DNA of 32,000 nucleotides from the NCBI GenBank assembly GCA_963699255.1, contig OY969425.1:270001-302000 (forward strand), written 5' to 3'. Positions 1-9,919 of the stretch are shown here, piece by piece. The stretch's first letter is position 1; each line of letters begins with the position of its first letter. A program made the position numbers and the translations under genes. The notes beneath the pieces are model-generated. The model was not told the DNA's origin. It made no database searches and worked only from the letters and a program-made list of their open reading frames with translations. Source of the DNA: an uncultured bacterium. GTDB lineage: Bacteria > Margulisbacteria > WOR-1 > CAVSGV01.

Positions 1-196
1 GTGTAAGGATCGCTGTTGCCATGTTCGTAAGGTTGTTCCAGATAAATTCACCGGTATATCTGAAAAGCATATAGGAAGTGATCAAAAGAAGCGCGGTCGT
101 TATTTCCTTGCTTTTCGCGATCTGTCCCTTTTCCCTGGCCTCGTGCAGCCTGTGAGGGGTAGGTTCCTCGGATTTTTCTCCAGCTTCCTCAGCCAA
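1..196 (-). CDS. flhB: Flagellar biosynthesis protein FlhB, N-terminal part (runs off window start; TTG start)
   Basis: Reverse complement reads (TTG)AEEAGEKSEEPTPHRLHEAREKGQIAKSKEITTALLLITSYMLFRYTGEFIWNNLTNMATAIL, with the FlhB N-terminal signature PTPHRLHEAREKGQIAKSKE. GGGAGG RBS overlaps the fliR stop. Not in the supplied ORF track. Confidence 0.9.
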   Translation of the reverse strand, partial: MAEEAGEKSEEPTPHRLHEAREKGQIAKSKEITTALLLITSYMLFRYTGEFIWNNLTNMATAILT

Positions 197-199
197 GCG

Positions 200-976
200 T
201 TACCTCCCGGAGAGCAGAACCAGTGTTCTTGCGATCTGGTTGCTCGTTTCTCCGATCAAATTCACCATATGCCCGATCAATAATGGGGACAGCAACATCA
301 GTCCGAAAAGCCCAAGAGACGGCTTTACCTGGAATCCCAGCATGAAAACGTTCACCTGGGGTGCTACCCTGGAAACTATCCCGAAAGAAAAATCAGAAAG
401 GAATATAAGAAGAAGCATCGGAGCGCAAAGCTGTATGGTGGTTATCCAGAACCAGGTAAGAAGACTAAGGATCTGAAAAAGCAGGTCCGGTTTTGTGAGG
501 TCTATGAAGCTTATGATGGGGATCGCGACAAAGCTCTGATATATGGCGGATAATACAAGATGGTGCCCATTCACTATCAAAAAAACCACCAGCGCTATCA
601 TATACATGAATGTGCCTGTTATGGATGATGCTGCCCCGGACGTGGGGGATAGGACATTTGCGACCGAGAGGCCCATCTGCATATCAAGTATATCTCCAGC
701 TGCCTGGGCGGCCTGAAGGACTATCGAAGCCACGAAACCAATAATATATCCAATTAAAACCTCGACAAATAACGCGAGGACAAAAGTCACAAGGGAATCA
801 GGAAGCATTCTGACCGGGACAACGAACCACATTATTGCTGAGAGCCAGATAGCCAGGCATGTTTTTACCATCATTGGTATGGATTTTGCGCTGAATACGG
901 GAGCGTCAATGAAAAGTCCGGCGACCCGCGCAAGGATCAGGAGAAAGATCTCAATTTGAGGGAGTGATATGACCAT
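200..976 (-). CDS. fliR: Flagellar biosynthesis protein FliR
   Basis: 258 aa membrane protein with FliR-like pattern (ARVAGLFIDAPVFSAKSIP, GFVASIVLQAAQAAGDILDMQMGLS); position between fliQ and flhB. Confidence 0.93.
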   Translation of the reverse strand: MVISLPQIEIFLLILARVAGLFIDAPVFSAKSIPMMVKTCLAIWLSAIMWFVVPVRMLPDSLVTFVLALFVEVLIGYIIGFVASIVLQAAQAAGDILDMQMGLSVANVLSPTSGAASSITGTFMYMIALVVFLIVNGHHLVLSAIYQSFVAIPIISFIDLTKPDLLFQILSLLTWFWITTIQLCAPMLLLIFLSDFSFGIVSRVAPQVNVFMLGFQVKPSLGLFGLMLLSPLLIGHMVNLIGETSNQIARTLVLLSGR

Positions 977-977
977 T

Positions 978-1247
978 TTACCTTACCATTAACGGTATGT
1001 TCGACCAGAGAGTGACCGTAAAATCTATCAGGAGAGAAGCGATCCACGGCGCTGTCATGGCCACTATTCCCAGGACCGCGACAACTTTTGGCACGAAGGT
1101 GAGAGTTTGTTCCTGTATCTGCGTTACCGCCTGGAAAAGACTGATGGCAAAGCCAACTATCAATCCGATCCCAACGGCTGGCATTGAGATCAGCAGCGTC
1201 AATATCACACCATTATAAATTATCTGAACAGCAAAATCAGTGCTCAT
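978..1247 (-). CDS. fliQ: Flagellar biosynthesis protein FliQ
   Basis: 89 aa, two TM segments, GLIVGFAISLFQAVTQIQEQTLTFVPKV signature of FliQ. Confidence 0.95.
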   Translation of the reverse strand: MSTDFAVQIIYNGVILTLLISMPAVGIGLIVGFAISLFQAVTQIQEQTLTFVPKVVAVLGIVAMTAPWIASLLIDFTVTLWSNIPLMVR

Positions 1248-2005
1248 CTAAAGCTCATCAGCAATCCTTTTGTTATTAAATTCCATCCGTCTGAGAGCAC
1301 AAAAAGCAGTATCTTGAACGGCAGTGAGACCATGACGGGAGAGAGCATGAACATGCCCAGCGACAGGAGAATGTTCGATACGACAAGATCTATTATCACG
1401 AACGGGATGAACAGCAAAAAACCTATTTGAAAGGCGGTCTTTAGTTCCGATATCATAAATGCCGGGATAACGACATAGACAGGGATCTCGTTAACGGTTT
1501 TTGGAACCGGGATCTTTGCGAATTGCACAAAAAGCGCAAGATCGGCCGGCCTTGTTTGTCTTAACATGAATTGCTGGAAAGGCTTCATTCCTATTTCAAA
1601 GGCCTTCATCTGGGTGATCTGCCCTTTGTTATAGGGGACGATCGCGGTTTTGTTCACGGCTTCAAAGGTCGGAGCCATCGTATATATCGTCATGAACAGA
1701 GCAAGCCCTATAAGGATGGAATTGGGCGGGACCTGAGCAGTGCCGATCGCGGACCTTATCATTGATAATACTATGATGATCCTTAAGAAGGAAGTGATCG
1801 ACATAAGCAGGAATGGCAGTATCGAAATAACGGATATTGCCAGCAAGAGCTGGATGCTGTTGCTGAACGCCTGGGAGTTCATGACAGTTCCTATGTCCAG
1901 GTTGATCGGCCTTGGTGCGGCATAGGCAGAATCGATGGAAATCAAAAGCATGAAAACAGGGAAAAGTAACAGTGATCTTTTTGATATAAGCTTAAGAATG
2001 TTCAA
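1244..2005 (-). CDS. fliP: Flagellar biosynthesis protein FliP
   Basis: 253 aa with ILPFLLMSITSFLRIIIVLSMIRSAIGTAQVPPNSILIGLALFMTIYTMAP and FMLRQTRPADLALFVQ; overlaps fliQ by 4 nt. Confidence 0.96.
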   Translation of the reverse strand: MNILKLISKRSLLLFPVFMLLISIDSAYAAPRPINLDIGTVMNSQAFSNSIQLLLAISVISILPFLLMSITSFLRIIIVLSMIRSAIGTAQVPPNSILIGLALFMTIYTMAPTFEAVNKTAIVPYNKGQITQMKAFEIGMKPFQQFMLRQTRPADLALFVQFAKIPVPKTVNEIPVYVVIPAFMISELKTAFQIGFLLFIPFVIIDLVVSNILLSLGMFMLSPVMVSLPFKILLFVLSDGWNLITKGLLMSFR

Positions 2006-2304
2006 GACCCGCTTTCTAGTTTGTCCAGTAAAGTCACGCCTTTATTGCTTACAACGATCAAATACGATTTATCGTGGGCTGATATTATGTATGCGGAAAC
2101 CTGGGGTTCTATGCCTATTCTGTCCAGTATCTGTATCGTTTGTCCGTGGGACGGAAGCTGCAGTTTCGGAAAAATGTATTTGGCGGAAAAATATATAAGT
2201 CCGATGACGACGGCCAGGGATATGATGAGCTGGAAGATATAACCTGCGGTGATAAGAGGCGATCCTGCCGGCAGTACTTCTGGGGAAACAAGAATCTCAA
2301 ACAT
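2002..2304 (-). CDS. fliO: Flagellar biosynthetic protein FliO/FliZ family
   Basis: 100 aa, one TM, then ILDRIGIEPQVSAYIISAHDKSYLIVVSNKGVTLLDKL; immediately upstream of fliP. Confidence 0.75.
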   Translation of the reverse strand: MFEILVSPEVLPAGSPLITAGYIFQLIISLAVVIGLIYFSAKYIFPKLQLPSHGQTIQILDRIGIEPQVSAYIISAHDKSYLIVVSNKGVTLLDKLESGS

Positions 2305-2348
2305 TTTGTACCTTTCTAATTACCATGAAAGAAGCTCTGCAAGCTTCA

Positions 2349-2657
2349 TTATTTATTTATAAGGACATTCGTTATTTTGAGCCCGTAATAATCGTCGATC
2401 GCGATGACCTCTCCCTGCGCGACAAGCTGGCCGCTTACCTTTAGATCAAGGGGTTCTCCCGCCAATCTGTCAAGTTCCACTATGGAACCTTCCTTCAGGT
2501 CCAGGATATCTTTTAAGCTCATATGTGTGCGGCCCAGTTCCACGCTTACCTCAACGGCAATATCTCCCAGCGTCCTGTCCTGGAATTTGCTTCCCTGATC
2601 CACTTCGGGCAATTCCGGGAACTGAATTTTTTTTAGATCCATTTGATCCCCTCCCAA
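2349..2657 (-). CDS. fliN: Flagellar motor switch protein FliN (SpoA domain)
   Basis: 102 aa: LGDIAVEVSVELGRTHMSLKDILDLKEGSIVELDRLAGEPLDLKVSGQLVAQGEVIAIDDYYGLKITNV. Confidence 0.93.
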   Translation of the reverse strand: MGGDQMDLKKIQFPELPEVDQGSKFQDRTLGDIAVEVSVELGRTHMSLKDILDLKEGSIVELDRLAGEPLDLKVSGQLVAQGEVIAIDDYYGLKITNVLINK

Positions 2658-2663
2658 TCTTGC

Positions 2664-3800
2664 TCAGGGCTCAGGTTTTTCATTTTCATCTTCAAATAAT
2701 CCTTCAGTGCCTTCATTATACTCCTCTTTTTCTTCCACTTCCAGAGGCAACTCAATATCCTCTTCCTCTTTTGACGGCGCACTCATCTCTTCCGTTGCTT
2801 TGACCGCTTCTTTTTCAAACATGATCGCCGGAGAGTTTTTTATCTTTTTGACGCTGCCGCCCAGGATCCTTGCCGCGAGGTGGTTGTTTTTTGTTCCGGG
2901 TTGAGCTTTTAACTCGGAAACATATCCAATGGCCAACTTGATCGGGGTGTTTAATTTCCGATCAAGGGAGATCACATCTTCGATCTCGATGTTGGTCAGT
3001 TCTTTAGCGGCGATATTTGTTGTGCCGAGCTGCGCGACAACAGGGATTTCAATTGAATTGAGAAGCTCTTCTGCCAACGAAGAGAAGTTGAGCGGCGCCT
3101 TTTCTTCCTTTTTTGACAGCATATCGTTCAGTTTTTTAAGCGTGCTGTTCTGATAAACGAACGTGAAAGTCGTGGGCGCCGAGTTGGCGATCGAGACCTG
3201 TGTTGTCACCATTGCGATTATCTCGTTCAGATTGATATGTGTTTCCCTCTGAATGTTCGGATAGCCGATGAGCTCGAGGCTCGGCGTCTCAAAGATGTTT
3301 TTCCAGCTGCCCGCGTATTTGTTCAGGACATTGCCAAAAACCGATTGGATTATTGATTCTTCAAGCTCGGTCATCTCCCTTATTTTTGTGTCAACGGACT
3401 GGCAGCCGAGAGAGAAATTTATAACAAGATTCGCCAGCTGGTAATCGATCAGGAAGGTCACTTCGCCGACGCCCTTTATGGACAGCTTGTTGTTGATCTG
3501 CCCCCCGGTCATGCGTTTTAAGAAATCAAGATAGGTGAGCTGCTCGATCGATACACTGAAAATATCCGTGCTGGCTTTAATGGCTTCTTTTAGATATGCG
3601 GAGAATGCACATGCGAAAAAATAATGGGCCTTAAGCGTTTTTTCAAGTTCATCCCTGGAGACCCTGTGAAAACCGTAAACCAGCGGTTTTATTTTTTTCA
3701 CTCTTTCCCTGGTCGGTTTATAGGCTGTCCAGTCCCCGAAAGACGCCGGGAACTTTATTTCTTTTTTGAAGAGCGCGGAAGAATCCTGCTTATCTGCCAA
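2664..3800 (-). CDS. fliM: Flagellar motor switch protein FliM, with acidic C-terminal extension
   Basis: 378 aa; FliM middle domain (GGQINNKLSIKGVGEVTFLIDYQLA...) and SpoA-like region; followed by fliN. Confidence 0.82.
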   Translation of the reverse strand: MADKQDSSALFKKEIKFPASFGDWTAYKPTRERVKKIKPLVYGFHRVSRDELEKTLKAHYFFACAFSAYLKEAIKASTDIFSVSIEQLTYLDFLKRMTGGQINNKLSIKGVGEVTFLIDYQLANLVINFSLGCQSVDTKIREMTELEESIIQSVFGNVLNKYAGSWKNIFETPSLELIGYPNIQRETHINLNEIIAMVTTQVSIANSAPTTFTFVYQNSTLKKLNDMLSKKEEKAPLNFSSLAEELLNSIEIPVVAQLGTTNIAAKELTNIEIEDVISLDRKLNTPIKLAIGYVSELKAQPGTKNNHLAARILGGSVKKIKNSPAIMFEKEAVKATEEMSAPSKEEEDIELPLEVEEKEEYNEGTEGLFEDENEKPEP

Positions 3801-3819
3801 AAGAGTTCCTTTCCATTAA

Positions 3820-4659
3820 TTAAGAGATTCTATTTATGAAATTGGTGATCTCGTCGCTTATCATCCTCAGGATCGTAAGGTTCCCGCTCATTGCCCTTTG
3901 AGCTTCCATTGAATCTATTACTTCACCGGTATAAAAGACGTTCGATTGCTCATAGTTCCTTGGTGCGATGGTCCCATATGTGTCACCTGCGGATTTGTAG
4001 GCCTGGGGTTCACCCGATGCGGGTGTTTCTGCATAAGCATTTCCCGCGGCCTGTGCAAGTCCCGATAGATTCGTGAAAGAGGTAAGCGCTATGTTGTAGC
4101 CGGTATATTTGTTGACGGATGAGTAATCAACCGTTACTCCATCTGCTTTCAAGTTAAATTCAGCGAGCTGGCCGTCGTTCGTCCAGCTGAGCCGATCCGT
4201 GTTGTAAGCCGAAAGCCCGGTTATTGGCACCAGAAGTCCGCCGCTAAAGCCGTAAACCTGCATTCCGTTATCTGTTGTAAGGTTCCCTGAGGAATCGATC
4301 GAAAATTGTCCTGCTCTTGTGTAGAGCTTTGTGGTCCCATCGTCCGGAGAAACAACAAAAAGGCCTGAACCGTTAACGGCCAGGTCCAGGGGTTGGCCTT
4401 CTGTTACACTTCCCTGGCTGAAGTCCAGGCTGGTACTTCCAATCCCAACAGAAGGGCCAAGCTGGATCGGATTTGTCCCGCCGGTATCGGCTCCCGCGGC
4501 TGTTCCCTGGTTGATCAGCTTTTCATAGATCGTTTGAAAGGAAATTTTCATTGATTTATATCCCGGAACGGACATGTTCGCTATATTCGATGAATTTATC
4601 TGAAGCTGAGTGTTATAGGCCTCTATCGCATTCTTTGCTTTGGTCATTAAGTCTAACAT
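3820..4659 (-). CDS. Flagellar hook-basal body protein, FlgE/FlgF/FlgG family (short)
   Basis: 279 aa; N-terminal NTQLQINSSNIANMSVPGYKSMKISFQ and C-terminal YEQSNVFYTGEVIDSMEAQRAMSGNLTILRMISDE rod/hook signatures. Confidence 0.85.
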   Translation of the reverse strand: MLDLMTKAKNAIEAYNTQLQINSSNIANMSVPGYKSMKISFQTIYEKLINQGTAAGADTGGTNPIQLGPSVGIGSTSLDFSQGSVTEGQPLDLAVNGSGLFVVSPDDGTTKLYTRAGQFSIDSSGNLTTDNGMQVYGFSGGLLVPITGLSAYNTDRLSWTNDGQLAEFNLKADGVTVDYSSVNKYTGYNIALTSFTNLSGLAQAAGNAYAETPASGEPQAYKSAGDTYGTIAPRNYEQSNVFYTGEVIDSMEAQRAMSGNLTILRMISDEITNFINRIS

Positions 4660-4716
4660 TTTACATCATCCTCCTTTTGTCCGCCTTAGCCCGCCTTAGG
4701 CGGACTTGGGCGTGAC

Positions 4717-5214
4717 TTATTGGATCTTTAATATGTTCGCTGTTGGGATCATAGCGCCTCCGATATTAAGGACCACCTGACCATTCTGAAGCTGAACACT
4801 TGTTACTTTTCCCGTTATCTGTTTGTTGGTCGTAGGTTGCGTTGCGGTTATGGTCTTGCCTATAAGACTGCTGTACACGCTCATTTGATACTGCGGCGAT
4901 ATTCCCGAGTAATCAGCGGTCTGTCCGAGAACATTAAAATTGCTTGAGGGGGAAGAGGTTGCGTTGAAAATGTCAATGTTCCCGGTGCTGGATGAACCAG
5001 TGGTGTCTTCGCTGCCAAAGAGTATCGAGTTGACGTTATTATTGTACATCTGGCTGAGCAGCATACTTGCGAATTTCGGATCTATGTTCCCGCTCATGAG
5101 CATGGAGGTTAATTGACTGTTGTCTGAAAGAGTATTCTGTTGCAGATCAACATTGTTAACATTAGTATTCCCTGTCCCGGAACTTGATATTGCTGATACT
5201 GCTTCGTTTGCCAT
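4717..5214 (-). CDS. flgD: Flagellar hook assembly (capping) protein FlgD
   Basis: 165 aa; DNSQLTSMLMSGNIDPKFASMLLSQMYNNNVNS... then SSLIGKTITATQPTTNKQITGKVTSVQLQNGQVVLNIGG; between fliK and the hook gene. Confidence 0.8.
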   Translation of the reverse strand: MANEAVSAISSSGTGNTNVNNVDLQQNTLSDNSQLTSMLMSGNIDPKFASMLLSQMYNNNVNSILFGSEDTTGSSSTGNIDIFNATSSPSSNFNVLGQTADYSGISPQYQMSVYSSLIGKTITATQPTTNKQITGKVTSVQLQNGQVVLNIGGAMIPTANILKIQ

Positions 5215-5245
5215 ATATCCCTCCTAATGATTATTTTACCTTAAA

Positions 5246-6010
5246 TCAGCTGGTTTCGCCCTTGTTGTGTTCTCTTCTATCGTCAGAAAGAACGTTCAAG
5301 TTCTCTATGTTGAGGTTGGATTGTTCAAGCGATCTCTTAAGTTCCGCGATATTTTCTTCAAGGACCTGTTTGGCTGCCTGGTCCGCATAAATATTTATTG
5401 AAAGGATGCCTTTATTGCTTGATACGCTCATAAGTATCGTTCCCAGGTTCTCGGGCTTGAGTTCTATCGAAAGTTTGCTTCCCCCGTTTTCCACCAAGAG
5501 TTTGATCTTGTTCTTTATCTGCGCGATCAGATCATCGACATCGATGCTTCTCAGGGAGTCGACCCTGTTCTTTGCTTTGATCACGGCATTATATAGATCA
5601 GCGGACAGCTCGATTTCACCCTCGTATATTTTGTTTATGGCATTTGCCGTGGACTTGATCTGCTCGGCTTTTGTTTCTTTTGTTGTTTCCGCGGCTTTAA
5701 CGGATTGTTCCTGGTTTTGTTCTTTAATGCTTTGCTTGTCGCCGGTCCTGCTTGTTTCAATTGAATTCTGGCGGTAAGAGTTGGTCGCCCCAAGATAGCT
5801 CTCGATCTTGCCTGTGGCTTTGTCCGTTTCAGGGCTGGAAGAGAGGGGGGTGTTGAATAAGGATTGGAAATTCATGGGGATCATTGACGATAAAAGAACT
5901 TTACGCTTTTCCTGTTCGAGCATTTTGGAAAAATTATCGTCACTACGCTGAATATTACTTGGTTCAGGCGTTTTAAGTGTCTCGTTAGTTATTGCTAAAA
6001 CCTGAGACAA
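5246..6010 (-). CDS. fliK: Flagellar hook-length control protein FliK
   Basis: 254 aa; charged linker, C-terminal LSIELKPENLGTILMSVSSNKGILSINIYADQAAKQVLEENIAELKRSLEQSNLNIENLNV matches the FliK C-terminal domain pattern LxPexLGxvxVxl. Confidence 0.8.
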   Translation of the reverse strand: MSQVLAITNETLKTPEPSNIQRSDDNFSKMLEQEKRKVLLSSMIPMNFQSLFNTPLSSSPETDKATGKIESYLGATNSYRQNSIETSRTGDKQSIKEQNQEQSVKAAETTKETKAEQIKSTANAINKIYEGEIELSADLYNAVIKAKNRVDSLRSIDVDDLIAQIKNKIKLLVENGGSKLSIELKPENLGTILMSVSSNKGILSINIYADQAAKQVLEENIAELKRSLEQSNLNIENLNVLSDDRREHNKGETS

Positions 6011-6126
6011 TCTTTTACTTTTCTCCTCCCTGTCCCGAAGAGTTTCGGGGCGTTCTATCTATCGTACCGAGGAGCCAAAACCTTGCATTTTGACAAGACT
6101 TCGACGAGCTCAGTCGAGTCGTTCAA

Positions 6127-6208
6127 TGCCGCGGAGAGGACTCGAACCTCCAAGCCTTTCGGCATACGCCCCTCAAACGTACGTGTCTACCAATTCCACC
6201 ACCGCGGC
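6127..6208 (-). tRNA. tRNA-Leu (anticodon GAG)
   Basis: Reverse complement GCCGCGGTGGTGGAATTGGTAGACACGTACGTTTGAGGGGCGTATGCCGAAAGGCTTGGAGGTTCGAGTCCTCTCCGCGGCA. 7-bp acceptor GCCGCGG/CCGCGGC, anticodon stem TACGT/GCGTA with loop TTGAGGG, long variable arm, GGTTCGAGTCC T arm. CCA not encoded. Confidence 0.95.
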
Positions 6209-6275
6209 ACTTCTACAGTGCCAAGCGCACACATCTGACATATTTTATATTTAATCTGTGCCGCTGTCAAACAAT

Positions 6276-7133
6276 CTATTTGGCCTGTTCGTATTGCTCT
6301 TTTAAGCTGAAAAAAGTCGCGCTCACGAATATCAGGATGGCGCCAATGATCATATTTAACGTCAAATAATCGTGAAAAATGAATATGCCAAGCATCATCG
6401 TTATGACGACACTGCTCATGGAAATAACGCCGCCAAGTGCTGTAGAGCATAATTTGAAAGCGTATGTCTGGAAAAGCTGGCCTGCCGTTCCGAGAAACCC
6501 GATCATAAGCAGGATGATGAGCGTGGAAGCGCCGGGCAGGACAACGTTCCCTTTAAGGGAGAACATGGAGAATATCGTGCCGAAGAACACAAACGAGAGC
6601 ACTATCATCCATGAACTTTCGGTCTTTCTCAATTCCCTTATCGATACGAGAGCGATTCCGGAGGTTATACCCGAGATGAGGGCCAGGAGGTCGCCTATGT
6701 TCAGCAAGGTGTAATCAAACTGAAAAATCAGGAACATTCCAAGGAACGCGCAAACGATAAATGATGCCATTTCCTTTGTCAACTTTTCCTTAAGATATAT
6801 GTTGGAAAAGATCGATGCGAAAATAGGGGAGGTGTAGGAAAGAAGCACGGCATTTGAAACGCTTGTCAGGGTTATCGCGTTAAAATACAGCACAAGAGAT
6901 ATCCCTCCCATTATTCCCCTGAACGCGGCTTTTCCTTTCTCTTTTATCATGAATTTCACTTTTTTCATCGCTATCATTCCAATGATTATCGCGATGCTGA
7001 TGATGGCCCTGAAAAATATTATTTCGGCGGCGGGAACGGAGGAACTGAGCGCTTTCACCATCACCGCCATAATGCTGAAAAGTACGGCGGAGTAGAACAT
7101 CATAAGTGGTCCGGAGATAAGTGATCGTGGCAT
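6276..7133 (-). CDS. EamA/DMT-superfamily transporter
   Basis: 285 aa, about 10 TM segments, two EamA-like halves (AEIIFFRAIISIAIIIGMIAMKK; TLNMIIGAILIFVSATFFS). Confidence 0.88.
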   Translation of the reverse strand: MPRSLISGPLMMFYSAVLFSIMAVMVKALSSSVPAAEIIFFRAIISIAIIIGMIAMKKVKFMIKEKGKAAFRGIMGGISLVLYFNAITLTSVSNAVLLSYTSPIFASIFSNIYLKEKLTKEMASFIVCAFLGMFLIFQFDYTLLNIGDLLALISGITSGIALVSIRELRKTESSWMIVLSFVFFGTIFSMFSLKGNVVLPGASTLIILLMIGFLGTAGQLFQTYAFKLCSTALGGVISMSSVVITMMLGIFIFHDYLTLNMIIGAILIFVSATFFSLKEQYEQAK

Positions 7134-7134
7134 G

Positions 7135-8484
7135 TTATTTTGTCAATCCATCAACGATGTTTTCCATGTGCATCCCGCGGGAGCCTTTTATCAGGATGGT
7201 GTCGCTGGGTTTAATAATCTTTTTTAATATTTTGACGGCTTCATTATTCGTTTTTGTCGAATAAATGTTCTTAAGGCCGCATGATCCCGCGCTTTTCGCC
7301 GCGTATCTGCTCAGATCTCCAACGGTTACCAGTGCCTCGATGTTCAGATTTGCGGCGAGCCTGCCGATGTTTTCATGGCTTTTTCGGGCAATACGCCCCA
7401 GCTCGAGCATATCTCCCAGAACCGCGATGCGCCTTGGTGGGTGATTTTCAAGAACGCTTAGAGACGCGGCCATTGAATCCGGATTCGCGTTGTATGTGTC
7501 GTCTATGATCTTAACGTCCTTAAAGTGAATTATGTTCAGACGCTTGCTCGAAAGCTTGAGATCCTCAAGCCCTTTCTTTATGTGGGACGGTTTGATGTCA
7601 GCGGCATAAGCTGACGCGGCGGCGGCCAGCGCGTCATATATGTTGTGTTTTCCCGGGAGGGGAAGATCTATCGCGATCTTGAAAGCTCTTGTTTCAATGA
7701 CAAATGACGAGCTGTCCGCCTGAAATCTGATGTTCTTTGCCGAGACATCTGCCGGAGAGTCGATCCCGAAGGAGATCGTTCTTCCCTTCGCTTTCTTTTT
7801 TAGATAGCTGAAGAATTTATCGTCCGCCGGCAATACCGCGATATCTTTCTTTTTCTGGAATTCCAGTATTTCACTCTTGGCTTTTGCCGTGTTCCCTTCG
7901 GACTTGAGACGCTCCATGTGAGCGCTGCCGATGTTCGTTATGACGGCGATCTGGGGCCGGACGATCCATGCGAGCTCTTTGATCTCGCCGGGACCCTGCA
8001 TGGCCATTTCTATCACGGCATATTTATGGGTCTTGTTCAAAGTTAACAGGGTCTTCGGGACGCCGATCTCGTTATTATAATTTTCCTCTGTTTTTAAGGT
8101 CTTGCCCGCGCGGCAGAGGATGGAGGCGAGCATGTCCTTGGTGGTGGTCTTGCCGGAACTTCCGGTTATGCCGATGAATGGGATCCTGTATCTTTCTTTA
8201 TATGCTCTGGCGATCTGATGAAAAGCCCGAAGGGTATCTTTGACAAAGACAATGGTCATATTTTCAAGCGGGATTGTTTTTTTAGATGTCAGCACGCCGG
8301 AAGCTCCGTTTTTCAGCGCGGAAGAAATGAATTTATGGCCGTCAAATCTTGTCCCAATAATTGGGATAAAAAGACAGCTTTTTTTTATCTGCCTGCTGTC
8401 TGTTGAAATGCCGGAAAAGCTCAAAGCATGGCATTTCTTCAAAGTACCGCCTGTCGCGGACAGGACCTCTTTCAGTATGATCAT
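7135..8484 (-). CDS. murF: UDP-N-acetylmuramoyl-tripeptide--D-alanyl-D-alanine ligase MurF
   Basis: 449 aa; STDSRQIKKSCLFIPIIGTRFDGHKFI, P-loop GITGSSGKTTTKD, ENYNNEIGVPKTLL, DDTYNANPDSMAASL. Confidence 0.96.
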   Translation of the reverse strand: MIILKEVLSATGGTLKKCHALSFSGISTDSRQIKKSCLFIPIIGTRFDGHKFISSALKNGASGVLTSKKTIPLENMTIVFVKDTLRAFHQIARAYKERYRIPFIGITGSSGKTTTKDMLASILCRAGKTLKTEENYNNEIGVPKTLLTLNKTHKYAVIEMAMQGPGEIKELAWIVRPQIAVITNIGSAHMERLKSEGNTAKAKSEILEFQKKKDIAVLPADDKFFSYLKKKAKGRTISFGIDSPADVSAKNIRFQADSSSFVIETRAFKIAIDLPLPGKHNIYDALAAAASAYAADIKPSHIKKGLEDLKLSSKRLNIIHFKDVKIIDDTYNANPDSMAASLSVLENHPPRRIAVLGDMLELGRIARKSHENIGRLAANLNIEALVTVGDLSRYAAKSAGSCGLKNIYSTKTNNEAVKILKKIIKPSDTILIKGSRGMHMENIVDGLTK

Positions 8485-8603
8485 TTGGAATATTATAGCA
8501 ATTTTTCAGGAAAACTGAAATTTCCACTATTTCGTGCGATATATGAGAAGGTCGAAAATACCGGAAAAACCACACATATATTAAGTGAATTAAACCTGTT
8601 CTT

Positions 8604-9887
8604 TTATTTTACATCCGCTGACGCAAGGAATTGCTTGTTAGACTTATATTCCTTCAGTCTTTCGATCAGCTGCTCCGTTGCTTCCGTGCCTTCATAGTTA
8701 TCAAGCACTTTCCTTAGCAGCCACACCTTCTTGAGCTCTTCTTCCGTCAGAAGGAGCTCTTCTCTTCTTGTCCCGGACATCCTTACATCTATCGCGGGGA
8801 AAATGCGTCTGTCAGCGAGCTTGCGGTTAAGATGGAGCTCCATATTGCCTGTTCCCTTGAATTCTTCATATATAACGTCATCCATTCTTGAGCCGGTCTC
8901 AACGAGCGCCGTTGCAAGGATCGAGAGGCTCCCGCCGTTCTCTATGTTCCTCGCTGCCCCGAAGAACCTTTTCGGCCGGTGAAGGCAGGTCGGATCAAGG
9001 CCGCCGGAAAGCGTCCTTCCGCTCGGAGGGGTTACAAGGTTATAGGCTCTCGCGAGACGCGTGATCGAGTCAAGAAGTATTACGACATGATTGCCCGCTT
9101 CAACCAGCCTTTTTGCCGATTCTATGAGAAGTTCAGATACCTTTATGTGATTCTCCGGCGGCTCGTCAAAAGTGGAGTATATGACCTCTCCTTTAACGGA
9201 GCGCTGCATATCGGTCACTTCCTCCGGGCGCTCGTCAACGAGCAAAACTTTGATAATAACTTCCGGATAATTTGCGGTAATGCTGTTCGCGATGTTCTTC
9301 AATATCGTGGTTTTCCCGGCTTTCGGAGGGGAAACTATCATTCCTCGCTGTCCTCTTCCGATCGGAGCAACAAGGTCGATCAGCCTTGACGCGACAGGGG
9401 CTTTGTCATACTCGAGGCGATACATTACATTCGGGAATATCGGAGTCAGATCCTCATAGGGGACCCTTTCCCTTGCGAGTTCCGGGTCAAGTCCGTTTAT
9501 GGCTTCAACTCTCAGAAGGCTGAAGTACTTTTCCCCTTCCTTCGGCGGCCTGACCTGGCCGGAAACAAGGTCTCCGTTAGTCATGTCGAACCGTCTTATC
9601 TGTGTTTGCGATACATATATATCTTCAGAGCTGGGCAGATATCCGCATGTGCGCAGGAACCCGTAGCCTTCCGGCAGGATCTCAAGTATTCCTTTTGCGA
9701 AGATCAGTCCGTTTGCCTGTGTTTTCGCCTCAAGTATCTTGAATATAAGATCATGCTTCCTGTACTGCCTGTAATTTGAAATGTTCAGTTCCTTTGCAAT
9801 GGTGTACAGATCAGCGGTGTTTTTTGCCTGCAGTTCCGCTATATCGGTCTTTGGCCCTTCAGTTTTTTGTCCTTCTTCTTTAGTCAT
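8604..9887 (-). CDS. rho: Transcription termination factor Rho
   Basis: 427 aa; [23 protein letters not shown] Walker [48 protein letters not shown]. Confidence 0.98.
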   Translation of the reverse strand: MTKEEGQKTEGPKTDIAELQAKNTADLYTIAKELNISNYRQYRKHDLIFKILEAKTQANGLIFAKGILEILPEGYGFLRTCGYLPSSEDIYVSQTQIRRFDMTNGDLVSGQVRPPKEGEKYFSLLRVEAINGLDPELARERVPYEDLTPIFPNVMYRLEYDKAPVASRLIDLVAPIGRGQRGMIVSPPKAGKTTILKNIANSITANYPEVIIKVLLVDERPEEVTDMQRSVKGEVIYSTFDEPPENHIKVSELLIESAKRLVEAGNHVVILLDSITRLARAYNLVTPPSGRTLSGGLDPTCLHRPKRFFGAARNIENGGSLSILATALVETGSRMDDVIYEEFKGTGNMELHLNRKLADRRIFPAIDVRMSGTRREELLLTEEELKKVWLLRKVLDNYEGTEATEQLIERLKEYKSNKQFLASADVK

Positions 9888-9919
9888 TATTTTTCCTCCT
9901 CTTTCTCCTCACATCGAGC

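Noticed and set aside
6187-6450. ORF of 87 aa on the minus strand
   Set aside because: Overlaps tRNA-Leu and the 3' end of the EamA gene; no recognisable domain.
8979-9389. Plus-strand ORF of 136 aa opposite rho
   Set aside because: Antisense to highly conserved rho; likely chance ORF.
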